In this document: positions 36,470 to 46,273 of the stretch, one piece after another
Layout of the letters: every line of letters starts with the position of its first letter
How positions within the stretch are numbered: the stretch's first letter is position 1
Notes under the pieces: model-generated
The model's database searches: none
What the model was told of the DNA's origin: nothing
The model's input: the letters and a program-made list of their open reading frames with translations, nothing else
Position numbers and translations under genes: made by a program
NCBI GenBank assembly: GCA_051859245.1
Contig: JBHYGA010000001.1
Span: 736,001 to 800,000 of the forward strand
DNA length: 64,000 nucleotides
Reading direction: 5' to 3'
Source: Gemmatimonadaceae bacterium
GTDB taxonomy: Bacteria; Gemmatimonadota; Gemmatimonadetes; Gemmatimonadales; Gemmatimonadaceae

Positions 36470-37279
36470 CTACACCTCCGAATGATGAGCGACTGAAACG
36501 GCACGCGGCATCGCCGCCGTTGCTTCATGCATGAATACGCGGCGATTCTGGTACATCACGAAACTTCCCACCAACAGCAGCAGCACACCAAACGACTGAC
36601 GCAGTACTGACTGTGGTACGCGTTGCGCGCTGCTGGTGCCAATGGCTACCCCCACCAGTGCGAAGCCGATGAAGGGAATCAGCAGTGCGAAGGGCCATGA
36701 CACCTGTCCGATGTACCCGATCGTACCCGCCGTTGCGTTCATCGCGATCACGGTGAGTGACGTGCCAACGGCGACCCGCATGGGAATGCGCGCGAGTTTG
36801 ACGAGCGCCGGCACAATGAGAAATCCTCCTCCCACACCCACGAGACCGGTGAGCACGCCCACGGACAGTCCGATCGGCGCGAGTTCCGAGATCGCCACAC
36901 GCGCCACTTCGCCGTCGCTGAGCGCCTCACCCTTGCGCGTACGCAGCATCGACACCGCCGCCAACAGCATCACCGTGGCAAACAGCAGCATTTGCGTCTG
37001 TCCGGAAATCCACTGGGCCGCGCGCGCGCCCGCAAACCCGCCAAGCATGGCGAAGGCACCGAACGTGACCGCAATGCGTGCGTGCACGTTGCCGGAGCGC
37101 CAATGCCCGAGCGCGCCGAACGCGCTGCTGAGTGCGACAATCGGGAGTGACGCCGCAATCGCCGTCTTCGCATCGAGGCCTGAGACATACGTGAGCACCG
37201 GCACGGTGAGAATCGATCCACCGCCGCCGAGCATCCCCAGGGCCACGCCAATGAGCAATGCGAACGCGAGGGTTAACAC
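36470..37279 (-). CDS. TauE/SafE sulfite exporter family protein
   Basis: LGGGGSILTVP, VGVGGGFLIVP, AVGTSL; about eight TM segments. Confidence 0.9.
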   Translation of the reverse strand: MLTLAFALLIGVALGMLGGGGSILTVPVLTYVSGLDAKTAIAASLPIVALSSAFGALGHWRSGNVHARIAVTFGAFAMLGGFAGARAAQWISGQTQMLLFATVMLLAAVSMLRTRKGEALSDGEVARVAISELAPIGLSVGVLTGLVGVGGGFLIVPALVKLARIPMRVAVGTSLTVIAMNATAGTIGYIGQVSWPFALLIPFIGFALVGVAIGTSSAQRVPQSVLRQSFGVLLLLVGSFVMYQNRRVFMHEATAAMPRAVSVAHHSEV

Positions 37280-37397
37280 CCGCTGATCATGCTGGACTGT
37301 TCAACCATTTAGAAGAATAGTACGGTTGCGTGCGAAGCGCAAGTTCGCGTGGCGGCGCGGGGCAGCCTGACGGCGCGCGCCACGATGGCAGATCACA

Positions 37398-38126
37398 TTA
37401 CGCGCCGAGCGCGCTCCAGAGGATCGCCGCGAGCGCGGCGCCGATGAGTGGGCCCACCACGGGAATCCACGCGTAGGACCAGTCACTTTCGCCTTTGCCC
37501 GCGATCGGCAGCAGGGCGTGTGCGATTCGTGGTCCCAGATCGCGCGCCGGATTAATGGCGTAGCCCGTGGTTCCACCGAGCGACAGCCCAATGCCCCAGA
37601 CGAGAGCGCCCACGAGCATCGCGCCAAGATTTGTTGCGGGTGCCGCACCGGCCATCCCGCTGGAGCCGAGTGCAAACGCCGCCACCAGCAAGGCAAACGT
37701 CCCGATCACTTCACTCACCACGTTGGGTACGGTCTGTCGAATCGCGGGCGCGTTGCAGAAGCAGGCACGTTTCACGTCGGCGTCGGGTGTGACGCGCCAG
37801 TGTGGCAAATAGTGAAGCCACACGAGGGTCGCACCGAGGATCGCGCCCACAAACTGCGCGCCCACGTGCCACATCGCATCGGGCACGGTGCGATCGCCGC
37901 GCATTACGTTGGCCAGTGTCACCGCGGGATTCAGTTCGCCGGGCGCGCCAAGTGCGAGCGCCGTTGCGACGCCCAGGAATACGGCCAGCCCCCAACCGGT
38001 GGTGATGGCGATCCAGCCTGCGCCGTGTCCCTTTGATTTCTCGAGCAGTACGCCGGCGACCACACCGTTACCAAACAGAATGAGCAGGCACGTACCAACG
38101 AGTTCACCAAGCGCGCTGTTGGGCAT
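37398..38126 (-). CDS. glpF: MIP family channel, glycerol-facilitator type
   Basis: Two NPA boxes (LNPAVT, INPARD); GGTTGYA; WSYAWIPVVGP. Confidence 0.88.
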   Translation of the reverse strand: MPNSALGELVGTCLLILFGNGVVAGVLLEKSKGHGAGWIAITTGWGLAVFLGVATALALGAPGELNPAVTLANVMRGDRTVPDAMWHVGAQFVGAILGATLVWLHYLPHWRVTPDADVKRACFCNAPAIRQTVPNVVSEVIGTFALLVAAFALGSSGMAGAAPATNLGAMLVGALVWGIGLSLGGTTGYAINPARDLGPRIAHALLPIAGKGESDWSYAWIPVVGPLIGAALAAILWSALGA

Positions 38127-38285
38127 GCGAGAGCGGCGGAAGTTGAAGGGCAAGTGAAGCACACCGAACGTGCGCGAGGCGAATATGCACGCGGTGCCGC
38201 ACGGCGAACAGACGCAGGCCAGAGGCGTGACGAAGTTGCCACGTGCGCTATGTCGAAGCGCAGGGAAAACCAGTAGTCTCCAGCC

Positions 38286-38936
38286 ATGGCTGATTCGACC
38301 GTTCGCTCACCGAAATCGTCTCTCGCTGCGTCGCGCGCAACCGCGGCGCCGTGGGGCATTCCGGTGCCGGTCAAGCCAAAAGCGCCGACCACCACTGCAG
38401 GTGCGTCCATCCCGGTTGGAAGCGCGCGTCCGCTCACCGCTGGTGCGATACGCAGCGCTCCGGGTGCAACTCGCGCCTCCACGACTACGACAACGGGAGC
38501 ACAGCGCCCGCGAACCACCGGCGCGGCTGTGCGCGCGGTGCGGCAAGCGCGTGTACGCTCCGTGAGCGAACAGCGCACCATTATTGCGTTGATTGCGGCC
38601 GGGGTTGGGTTGTTGCTGGCGTTGAGCGCCATGGGGGCGCAGGCAAAGTTCGCCGTGTCCAATTCCGAACAGGTGATGGGCGGTACGCTTGGCCGTGCGT
38701 CCCTTGCGCAAATGGAGTTTCGGGCCCGCCACGAGCGCTACGCACTGTGGGAAGAGCTCGAAGCCAACGGCATGCGGTTGCCGGAAGACGTGGCCGTAGT
38801 GCATTCAAATGCGAGCATGTCGCATTGGTACCTGCGCTTGCAGGATCGCGCCACGGGCGTGACCTGTGAGCGTATTGGACAGCTCATCGATCCGCCAATG
38901 GATGTCGTGGATCCCACCTGCAAGCGCGCGCCATAG
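38286..38936 (+). CDS. Hypothetical single-TM protein
   Basis: Low-complexity Ala/Thr/Arg N-terminus, one TM segment, small C-terminal domain with two Cys. Confidence 0.6.
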   Translation: MADSTVRSPKSSLAASRATAAPWGIPVPVKPKAPTTTAGASIPVGSARPLTAGAIRSAPGATRASTTTTTGAQRPRTTGAAVRAVRQARVRSVSEQRTIIALIAAGVGLLLALSAMGAQAKFAVSNSEQVMGGTLGRASLAQMEFRARHERYALWEELEANGMRLPEDVAVVHSNASMSHWYLRLQDRATGVTCERIGQLIDPPMDVVDPTCKRAP

Positions 38937-38989
38937 TCCTTCTGCGTGGCCGCAGTTGCATATGTTGGTCCACCAGCGTTGAATGTGGT

Positions 38990-41137
38990 GTGACCCAACT
39001 CTCTCAGATTCCGAATCGTGTGGCCGTGGTACGTGCCGCACGTTGTCTCGCCGCCGGCGTGTGCATGCTGGCGTCGTCGTCCACACTGGTTGCGGCGCAG
39101 GCCGATACCACGCGCGTTCCAGCCACGATTGAAGAAGTGCGTGTTCGCATCGCGCGCGATGCCGAACGATCGGTGCTCGATTTGCCGTTCGCCATCAGTC
39201 GCGTGTCACCCGATAGTCTGCGTCCGCAACTTCGGCGCGCGAATGTGGGTGACCTGCTCTTTGCGATTCCGGGCGTGCAGGTGCAGACGCGCAACAACCC
39301 CACACAAGATGCGCGCATTGCGGTGCGCGGGTTTGGAGCGCGCAGCGCGTTTGGAGTGCGCGGCGTGAAGGTATTGCGCGACGGCATTCCCATTACGCTG
39401 CCAGACGGGCAAACGCCGATGGACTGGCTCGATCTGGAAAGTGTTGGCAGCGTAGAGGCCATTCGCGGCACTGCGGCGGCGCTCTATGGGAACGCCGCCG
39501 GCGGCGTCTTGGACTTTCGCACGCGTGATGCGGCCAGCGAACCAGCATCCGCGCACGCACGCCTGTGGGACGGTGGTGGTGCACGACGTGCGCAGGTGCT
39601 CGCATCGGGCACGTTGGAATCCGCGCGCGGACCCACGCGTACCTGGTTAGCGAGCGTGGCCCATACACGCACGGACGGACCGCGTAACTACGCCAGACAG
39701 GAAGCCACGAGTGCGTTTGTGCGCGGCGAAGGGAATGTGGGGGGCGCCCGCATTCGCCTCTACGGCAGCGCATTCGACATGCCGCTCGCAGAAAACCCTG
39801 GTGCGCTCACGGCCGATGAACTGTCACGTGATGTGCGACTGGCTGATTCACAATCCGTCGCGCGCGGCGCGAGCAAAACGGTGCGACACGCGCAGCTGGG
39901 TTTCAGCGCAGAACAGGGAACGGCCGATGACGGACTCGCGATTGCCGCATGGGCTGGTGCGCGCGAGTTGGACAATCCGCTGCCGTTCGCGGTGGTGAAC
40001 GTTGACCGCCGGAACCTTGGCATGTGGGTGCGAGGTACATCCACATCGCAGCTTCGCGGACTGACGGCCCGCATGTCAGCTGGCATCGATGTGCAAAGTG
40101 TGAATGACGATCGGCGCAACTTTGAAAACTGTGTGGCACAAGCGACGTCGACACGCTGCCCAACGGCTGGCAGTGATCGCGGAACGCTGCGCCTCGATCA
40201 GCGTGAAGTCGTACAATCCGAAGGCGCGTTTGTTCGCTACGAACTGGGACTGCCGCGCACATTTGAAGCGAGCGTTGCGCTGCGCTGGGACCAGATCCGC
40301 TTTCGCGTGACGGATCGTTTTGTCACGTCAACCGATCGCGACGACAGTGGCGAAGAAGGACAAACGGCGGTCAATCCGATGCTCGGCCTTACGTGGCGGG
40401 TGCGACCGTCTCTCTCCGTGTATTCCAATCTGAGTTCGGCGTTTGAAACGCCAACGGTCACTGAACTCACCACGCAGGCAGACGGCACGGCTGGACTGAA
40501 CGCGGTGCTCAAGCCGCAACGTACGCGCACACTTGAGGCGGGGGTACGCGGATTGCTCGGTACGCGCACGTGGCTCGACGTGGCGCTCTTTGAAGCGCGA
40601 TCGCTGGATGAGCTCGTGCCGTTCGATGTACCGAATGCTCCGGGACGTCGAGCGTTCCGCAACGCCGGACGTACATCGCGTCGCGGGCTTGAGGCGAGCG
40701 TGCGCACGCTTGTTGGTCGCGGCGATATCGGCGTGTCGTACACTGGCTCTCGCTTTCGCTTCGTTGACTACGATGTGAGCGGCACGCGCTTTGACGGAAA
40801 TGTTGTGCCCGGTATTCCGTCGCATCAGGTGCAGGCGTGGAGCACCTGGCGTCTGCAGCGCTGGTTTGTCACGACTGATATGGCGATGGCGTCGTCGGTA
40901 ACCGTGAACGATGCGGGAACGGAACGCGCCGACGGGTGGACTGTGGTCGGCCTGCGCGGCGGCCTGGAACGTGGCGCGTCGATTGGGCGCTGGAGTGTGG
41001 CGCCGGTGTTTGGTATCGAGAATCTGTTCGATGCACGCTACGCAAGCGCGGTGCTGATCAACGCCACGCGCGGCCGATTCTACGAACCGGCGGCGCCGCG
41101 CACCGTCTTTGCCGGACTGCGCATGGACGTGCGATAA
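38990..41137 (+). CDS. TonB-dependent receptor (YncD-like)
   Basis: Plug domain 'RGFGARSAFGVRG...DGIP.T.PDGQ', 'EAIRG.AAALYGNAAGGV'; FETPT; YEPA.PR near the C-terminus. Confidence 0.9.
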   Translation: MTQLSQIPNRVAVVRAARCLAAGVCMLASSSTLVAAQADTTRVPATIEEVRVRIARDAERSVLDLPFAISRVSPDSLRPQLRRANVGDLLFAIPGVQVQTRNNPTQDARIAVRGFGARSAFGVRGVKVLRDGIPITLPDGQTPMDWLDLESVGSVEAIRGTAAALYGNAAGGVLDFRTRDAASEPASAHARLWDGGGARRAQVLASGTLESARGPTRTWLASVAHTRTDGPRNYARQEATSAFVRGEGNVGGARIRLYGSAFDMPLAENPGALTADELSRDVRLADSQSVARGASKTVRHAQLGFSAEQGTADDGLAIAAWAGARELDNPLPFAVVNVDRRNLGMWVRGTSTSQLRGLTARMSAGIDVQSVNDDRRNFENCVAQATSTRCPTAGSDRGTLRLDQREVVQSEGAFVRYELGLPRTFEASVALRWDQIRFRVTDRFVTSTDRDDSGEEGQTAVNPMLGLTWRVRPSLSVYSNLSSAFETPTVTELTTQADGTAGLNAVLKPQRTRTLEAGVRGLLGTRTWLDVALFEARSLDELVPFDVPNAPGRRAFRNAGRTSRRGLEASVRTLVGRGDIGVSYTGSRFRFVDYDVSGTRFDGNVVPGIPSHQVQAWSTWRLQRWFVTTDMAMASSVTVNDAGTERADGWTVVGLRGGLERGASIGRWSVAPVFGIENLFDARYASAVLINATRGRFYEPAAPRTVFAGLRMDVR

Positions 41138-41143
41138 ACACAA

Positions 41144-41171
41144 GGCGGCGCGGTGAGTGTCACGCGCCGCC
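41144..41171. terminator. Hairpin between convergent genes
   Basis: GGCGGCGCG...CGCGCCGCC stem in the short convergent gap. Confidence 0.5.
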
Positions 41172-41182
41172 GTCTCGTACGT

Positions 41183-42160
41183 TTACTGATACTGGATATA
41201 CAGCGGCGCCGGTGTGAGCGTGACCAACTCTGCTGGCGTCATGAGCACGCTGCCTTTTCGCGTGTCATTTTTGTAGAAAATCTTGAAGCCCGTGAACTGC
41301 ACCGGCTCCTTGTAAATGTACGCGTTGTACGTATCGCGCTTGAGGCGCGGTGCACCCCAGCCGTCCATATGCATGACCACCTGTACGCGCGGATCACGCT
41401 TGATGCGGTCGTAGCCCGTGACCATGCGCTGCGTGAAGCGATGGATCACGAGCACCTTGGGCGGCAAGTTGTGCTTGGTGACGAGATTCGCCAGATAGTC
41501 GATCACCCAGTTGATCTCGTCGGCGTCGTACGTGCCCACGCGTTTTCCGGGCAGCGCACCGTGCTTCATGGCGAACTCGGGATCGATGCCAAGATGCACG
41601 TCTGGCATAGACAAGTATTTCTCAAATCGCGGTGCTTCGGCCTGAATCGTGCTCAAGCCGATTTGCAGGTCGAGAAACAACAGGGCATTGCGTCGCTTGG
41701 CCCAACCGTGCACACGGTCCACGAGCGTGTCGGCCATCTTGGCCCGCCACTTCTGATCGCTGCCTGCGCTTCCCTGTGCGACCATGGCAACAAGATGCAG
41801 CGCCGGTTGTACCGGCGTAGCGGGATCTGCGGCTTTCCACGCGGCGACTTCCTTATCGAGCCTGGCCAACATTTGATCAGCAGGCAGCTCGCCCAGGATG
41901 CCCATGCGCTTGGAGAGCGGGTTGCCGTAGTACGCGACAATCCGCTTTGAGGGCAGGATCGATCCCGGCAGCGGCGCCGGGCCGGGCACCGGCCACACCG
42001 GTCCCGGTTTTGTAGCGGCCGGCACGCTCGACGCCGAATCTTGCGCGCGCAGCGAATCGTGGGGCAGCAACGCGAGCGCCAACGTTGCGCCGATTGACGT
42101 AGCGATTGCTCGGCCAGAGATCAGACCACGATTCGATGGCGTGCGAGACGTGTAAGGCAT
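41183..42160 (-). CDS. Conserved secreted hypothetical protein
   Basis: Signal peptide; VAYYGNP.SKRMGILGE, LDLQIG, HLGIDPEF, HRFT, MDGWG, GFKIFY, C-terminal YIQYQ. Confidence 0.75.
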   Translation of the reverse strand: MPYTSRTPSNRGLISGRAIATSIGATLALALLPHDSLRAQDSASSVPAATKPGPVWPVPGPAPLPGSILPSKRIVAYYGNPLSKRMGILGELPADQMLARLDKEVAAWKAADPATPVQPALHLVAMVAQGSAGSDQKWRAKMADTLVDRVHGWAKRRNALLFLDLQIGLSTIQAEAPRFEKYLSMPDVHLGIDPEFAMKHGALPGKRVGTYDADEINWVIDYLANLVTKHNLPPKVLVIHRFTQRMVTGYDRIKRDPRVQVVMHMDGWGAPRLKRDTYNAYIYKEPVQFTGFKIFYKNDTRKGSVLMTPAELVTLTPAPLYIQYQ

Positions 42161-44182
42161 TTACGGAAGTTGAATGACAAAGGGCATGCGCGCGTACGTG
42201 CCGCGCGGATCGTTCAGCATCAGGAGACCACCGAGCTCGCGAGCGAGCGACCGCACTGCGTCCGCAAGCGGTCCGTGACGCGATGCAGAACGTGTCCACG
42301 CGTCAATCGCAGCACTTGTCTGCACCGGCGCGCTCGACACTCCGAGCGCCTGTTTTACTGTACCCACAACCGGCGGCGGAGTGTCATCAAAGAGCTCCTG
42401 CAACATTTCCGTGGCGCCCTTCACCTTGGGCGCCTCCAACAATCCGTAGTCATCGCCGAGTTGCGCCAGGTCGGCGGCGTGCACGATCGCGTCGTTCAAG
42501 TCGCCCATTTCGTCTACCAGACCAAGCGCGAGTGCGTCTTCGCCAGACCATACACGACCTTCGGCGATCGCCGCGACAGAATCGAGCGGCAGCGAACGCG
42601 CATTGGCGACGCGCAACAGAAACGCATCGTACACCGCATCAATGCTGCGCTGCACGAGGGCGAGCTCGGCGTTGGTACGCGGGCGTGCAATGGAGTAGAT
42701 GTCGGCGTAACGCGCTGTGCTGACCGTATCCACGGTGATGCCGTTCTTCTCGGCGATGCCTTTGAGATTCGGGAACACGGCGAACACACCAATCGATCCC
42801 GTGAGGGTCGTTGGCTGCGCAAACACGCGGCGTGCGGCGGTGGCAATCCAGTAGCCGCCGCTGGCCGCGAGAGTGCCCATGGAGACCACCACGGGCTTCT
42901 TCGCGTTCAGCAACACGAGCTCGCGCTGAATCTCTTCCGACGCCGTGACGCTGCCACCGGGGCTGTTCACGCGCAGCACAATCGCACGCACCGAGTTGTC
43001 GTTGCGCAGCGTGCGCAGCTCTCGCGCGAACGATGTTCCACCCACCTGATCGGTGCCGCCTTCTCCATTCACGATTTCGCCCTGCGCATACACTACCGCA
43101 ACTTTGCGTCGCGCCGTGACATCGCTGGTGCGAGCAACGGCGATGCGCGCGTAGTCGCGCAGCAGGATCTGTGGCAGTGTGGTGGGCAGGGACGGCAGCA
43201 GTGATCCTGAGGTCGCGGTGTCTTCATTCACTACGTCTTGCGCGGTGGAATCGGCGGCCATGGGCAGTGGCGCCGCCGAGTCGATGGAGCTGGCGGTTGA
43301 ATCGCCGCCCGATTCCGTTTCGCTTGACGCAACCGTTGCGCCGCTCGCCCGTCGCAAATCCGCCAGCAGCACGTCAAAGTGCGCCACGCGATCAATGAGG
43401 CCGTAACGCAAGGCTTCATCGGGCGTGAAGAGCGCGACCGAATCGGCGAGCTGCTGCAACTGTGCGGTGTCGAGCGTGCGCGACTCTGCGACGCTGCGCT
43501 TGATCTCGCTCCAGGTGGATTCGAGATAGCGCCGCGTCTGCGCTCGGTTTTCCGGGCTCATATCCGTGCGAGTAAACGGCTCGACGGCCGCCTTGAACTT
43601 GCCCACGCGGCTCACTTGCACACCGATGCCGTATTTCTCAAGGAAACCGGCAAAGTGCACCTGTGTGGCCGACAATCCATTGAATTGCACGGTACCGAAT
43701 GGATCGAGCGTGATGGTGCTGGCGGCGCTGGCCACGTAGTAGTCGCGCACCGTGGGATCCACGAGGTAGGCATGCACTGGCTTGCCAGAGGCGACCACAC
43801 GTTCGAGTGCGTCGCGGAACTCGATCAGTCCACCGTACCCCGACGAGAGTCCATCGCTCGCCACGTTGCCGCGCAGCAGCACGGAGCTGATGCGCTCGTC
43901 AGTCGCGGCTTCCTGCAGCGCGACCACGGCGCCGCGTAGCGACAGCTTTGACGTGCCTGGATCGGCCAGTGCACGGTCCCACGCGCTGCCAGGCGAGTGT
44001 TCCGCCGGACGGTCAGATAGTGACTGTGACAGGTCCACCACGAGCACCGCGCCATTGGGCACCGACGGCGCTGCGTCACCCGACGCGGCCGCAATCAATC
44101 CGATCGTGAGCATGAGCACGACGAGAAAGAGCAGGGCGATGGTGGCGAGGTTGGCAGCAATGTTGGTGAAGAACTGTTTCAT
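42161..44182 (-). CDS. sppA: Signal peptide peptidase SppA (67K type)
   Basis: GKFKAAVEPF, LRVNSPGGS, AASGGYWI, TGSIGVF, AEGRVWSG. Confidence 0.93.
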   Translation of the reverse strand: MKQFFTNIAANLATIALLFLVVLMLTIGLIAAASGDAAPSVPNGAVLVVDLSQSLSDRPAEHSPGSAWDRALADPGTSKLSLRGAVVALQEAATDERISSVLLRGNVASDGLSSGYGGLIEFRDALERVVASGKPVHAYLVDPTVRDYYVASAASTITLDPFGTVQFNGLSATQVHFAGFLEKYGIGVQVSRVGKFKAAVEPFTRTDMSPENRAQTRRYLESTWSEIKRSVAESRTLDTAQLQQLADSVALFTPDEALRYGLIDRVAHFDVLLADLRRASGATVASSETESGGDSTASSIDSAAPLPMAADSTAQDVVNEDTATSGSLLPSLPTTLPQILLRDYARIAVARTSDVTARRKVAVVYAQGEIVNGEGGTDQVGGTSFARELRTLRNDNSVRAIVLRVNSPGGSVTASEEIQRELVLLNAKKPVVVSMGTLAASGGYWIATAARRVFAQPTTLTGSIGVFAVFPNLKGIAEKNGITVDTVSTARYADIYSIARPRTNAELALVQRSIDAVYDAFLLRVANARSLPLDSVAAIAEGRVWSGEDALALGLVDEMGDLNDAIVHAADLAQLGDDYGLLEAPKVKGATEMLQELFDDTPPPVVGTVKQALGVSSAPVQTSAAIDAWTRSASRHGPLADAVRSLARELGGLLMLNDPRGTYARMPFVIQLP

Positions 44183-44410
44183 GCGGGCTCCAAAGCGTGG
44201 ACAGAAAACGATACAGGGAGTCTAACGCGGCAGCAGGCCCCGCGGTGTCGAGATGCGAGCGGATTCAAAACATGACGCCAGCGTCGTGATTTGGCCTTGT
44301 CGGACCGCCGATTCAGGCACATCTTCAAGGAGGCCGCAGAGCTCCGGCGCGCCGGCACCGTACGACGGTCCGGCTGGCTCCGCGATGGTAGTCCTCCCCT
44401 GAGGTGTTGC

Positions 44411-46201
44411 ATGCCCACGTATCGCGCTCCGCTCGACGACATTCGTTTCGTTCTGCATGACGTTCACGGCGTGGCCCGTCTGGCCGAACTTCCTGGCTGT
44501 GAAGAGGCCACTCCTGATGTGGTCGATGCTGTACTCGCGGAAGGGGCGAAGGTGTGTGAAGAGGTGTTGTTCCCGATCAATCAGTCAGGCGATGCAGAAG
44601 GTTGCACCTACGATCAGGGTACGGTGCGAACGCCGAGTGGTTTCATTGACGCGTACAAGCAGTACACCGCGGGTGGATGGACTGGTCTCGCGGCCGATCC
44701 GGCGTATGGCGGCCAGGGTTTGCCGGAAGCGGTGCGCTTTGTGTTCGAAGAAATGCTCTGTTCGGCCAATCTGTCATTCAGCATGTACCCGGGCTTGTCG
44801 CACGGCGCGTACAGTGCGCTCACGAGTCATGGTGATGACGAACTCAAGGCGCGCTATCTGCCCAAACTTGTTGACGGCACGTGGGCCGGCACGATGTGCC
44901 TTACTGAAGCGCACGCGGGTACCGACCTCGGCATTATCACCACGCGAGCGGTACCGTCGGGAGACGGCGCGTACAGCATTACCGGCTCGAAGATTTTTAT
45001 TTCGGCTGGTGAGCAGGATCTGACCGAAAATATTCTGCATCTGGTCCTCGCGAAGCTGCCCGACGCGCCGGCCGGCACCAAGGGCATCAGCATGTTTCTC
45101 GTGCCCAAGTTCTTGCCCACGGAGGACGGGCGTCCGGGCACGCGCAATGGCGTGACGTGCGGCTCGATCGAACACAAAATGGGCATCAAGGGCTCGGCCA
45201 CCTGCGTGCTCAACTTTGACAACGCGACCGGCTTCATGGTGGGCGAAGCGAACAAGGGCATGCGCGCCATGTTCGTAATGATGAACGGTGCGCGCCTTGC
45301 CGTTGGTATGCAGGGGCTTGGATTGTCTGAAGTGGCCTATCAGAACGCGCTCGCGTACGCGAAGGATCGTTTGCAGGGTCGTTCGCTCACCGGCGCAAAG
45401 AATCCGAGCGGCCCCGCCGATTCGATCCTTGTGCATCCCGATGTGCGCAAAGGACTGCTGCGCGTGAAAGCGTTCAACGAAGGCGCGCGTTCACTCGCGT
45501 ATTGGGTGGGCATGCTGATCGACATTGAGCATCGTCACACCGATGCGGCCACACGCGAAGAAGCGAGTGATCTGGTCGCGCTCATGACGCCTGTCATCAA
45601 GGCGTTCTTTACCGATCTCGGGTTCGAGTCCACCAATATCTCGCTGCAAACGCTTGGCGGTCACGGTTACATCAAGGAATACGGAATCGAACAGTATGTG
45701 CGCGACGCGCGCATTGCGCCGATCTACGAAGGCACAAACGCGGTGCAGGCGCTCGATCTTGTGGGGCGCAAGTTGCCGATGGAGGGCGGTCGTCTGGTCC
45801 GTCGTTTTTTTGCGCTGGTGAAATCCGACATTGACGCGGTTGCGGATGACGACGTGCTGGAAGCGCTGGCGAAGCCGGTGAGCGAAGCGCTCGTCAAGTT
45901 GCAGAAAGCCACCATGCTGCTGGCCGAAAAGGGATTCGCTAATCCTGATGAAGCGGGCGCGGTGGCGACCGACTATCTGCACCTGATGGGGTACACGGCG
46001 CTTGGTTGGCAGTGGCTTAAAATGGCCGCGGTCGCGCGTCGTCAGCTTGATGCGGGTCAGGGAGACGCCGCGTTCCTTGGCGCCAAGGTCAAAACGGCTC
46101 GCTTCTATATGTCACACATGATGCCGCAGACGCATTCGTTGCTGGCCCGCATTCAGGCGGGTGCGTCGTCGATCATGGCGTTGTCTGAATCGGAGTTCTA
46201 G
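44411..46201 (+). CDS. Acyl-CoA dehydrogenase (about 600-aa type)
   Basis: RBS GAGG and ATG 44411; GTMCLTE, KIFISAGE, EHKMGI, GGHGYI.E, IYEGTN.VQALDL. Confidence 0.93.
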   Translation: MPTYRAPLDDIRFVLHDVHGVARLAELPGCEEATPDVVDAVLAEGAKVCEEVLFPINQSGDAEGCTYDQGTVRTPSGFIDAYKQYTAGGWTGLAADPAYGGQGLPEAVRFVFEEMLCSANLSFSMYPGLSHGAYSALTSHGDDELKARYLPKLVDGTWAGTMCLTEAHAGTDLGIITTRAVPSGDGAYSITGSKIFISAGEQDLTENILHLVLAKLPDAPAGTKGISMFLVPKFLPTEDGRPGTRNGVTCGSIEHKMGIKGSATCVLNFDNATGFMVGEANKGMRAMFVMMNGARLAVGMQGLGLSEVAYQNALAYAKDRLQGRSLTGAKNPSGPADSILVHPDVRKGLLRVKAFNEGARSLAYWVGMLIDIEHRHTDAATREEASDLVALMTPVIKAFFTDLGFESTNISLQTLGGHGYIKEYGIEQYVRDARIAPIYEGTNAVQALDLVGRKLPMEGGRLVRRFFALVKSDIDAVADDDVLEALAKPVSEALVKLQKATMLLAEKGFANPDEAGAVATDYLHLMGYTALGWQWLKMAAVARRQLDAGQGDAAFLGAKVKTARFYMSHMMPQTHSLLARIQAGASSIMALSESEF

Positions 46202-46216
46202 CCGTTGGTGCGCGAT

Positions 46217-46244
46217 TAAAGAAAAAAGGGGGGGAGGCCGAAAC
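46217..46244 (+). promoter_or_regulatory. Putative sigma28 promoter
   Basis: TAAA-N16-GCCGAAA about 30 bp upstream of the GGDEF gene. Confidence 0.5.
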
Positions 46245-46273
46245 CCTAGAGCAACAATTTCTCCCTCCCTCTT

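Noticed and set aside
34664..37279. Sulfur module as the sulfide supplier for NosZ CuZ
   Set aside because: About 9 kb away with unrelated genes between; NosDFY already covers CuZ maturation; no sequence evidence for a link.
25574..37295. Identical 13-mer CTGATCATGCTGG upstream of nosZ and of tauE
   Set aside because: Opposite orientation relative to the two genes, and one such match is plausible by chance in a window this size.
46202..46273. c-di-GMP riboswitch upstream of the diguanylate cyclase
   Set aside because: No GEMM two-hairpin consensus; the region is short and better explained by a sigma28-like promoter.
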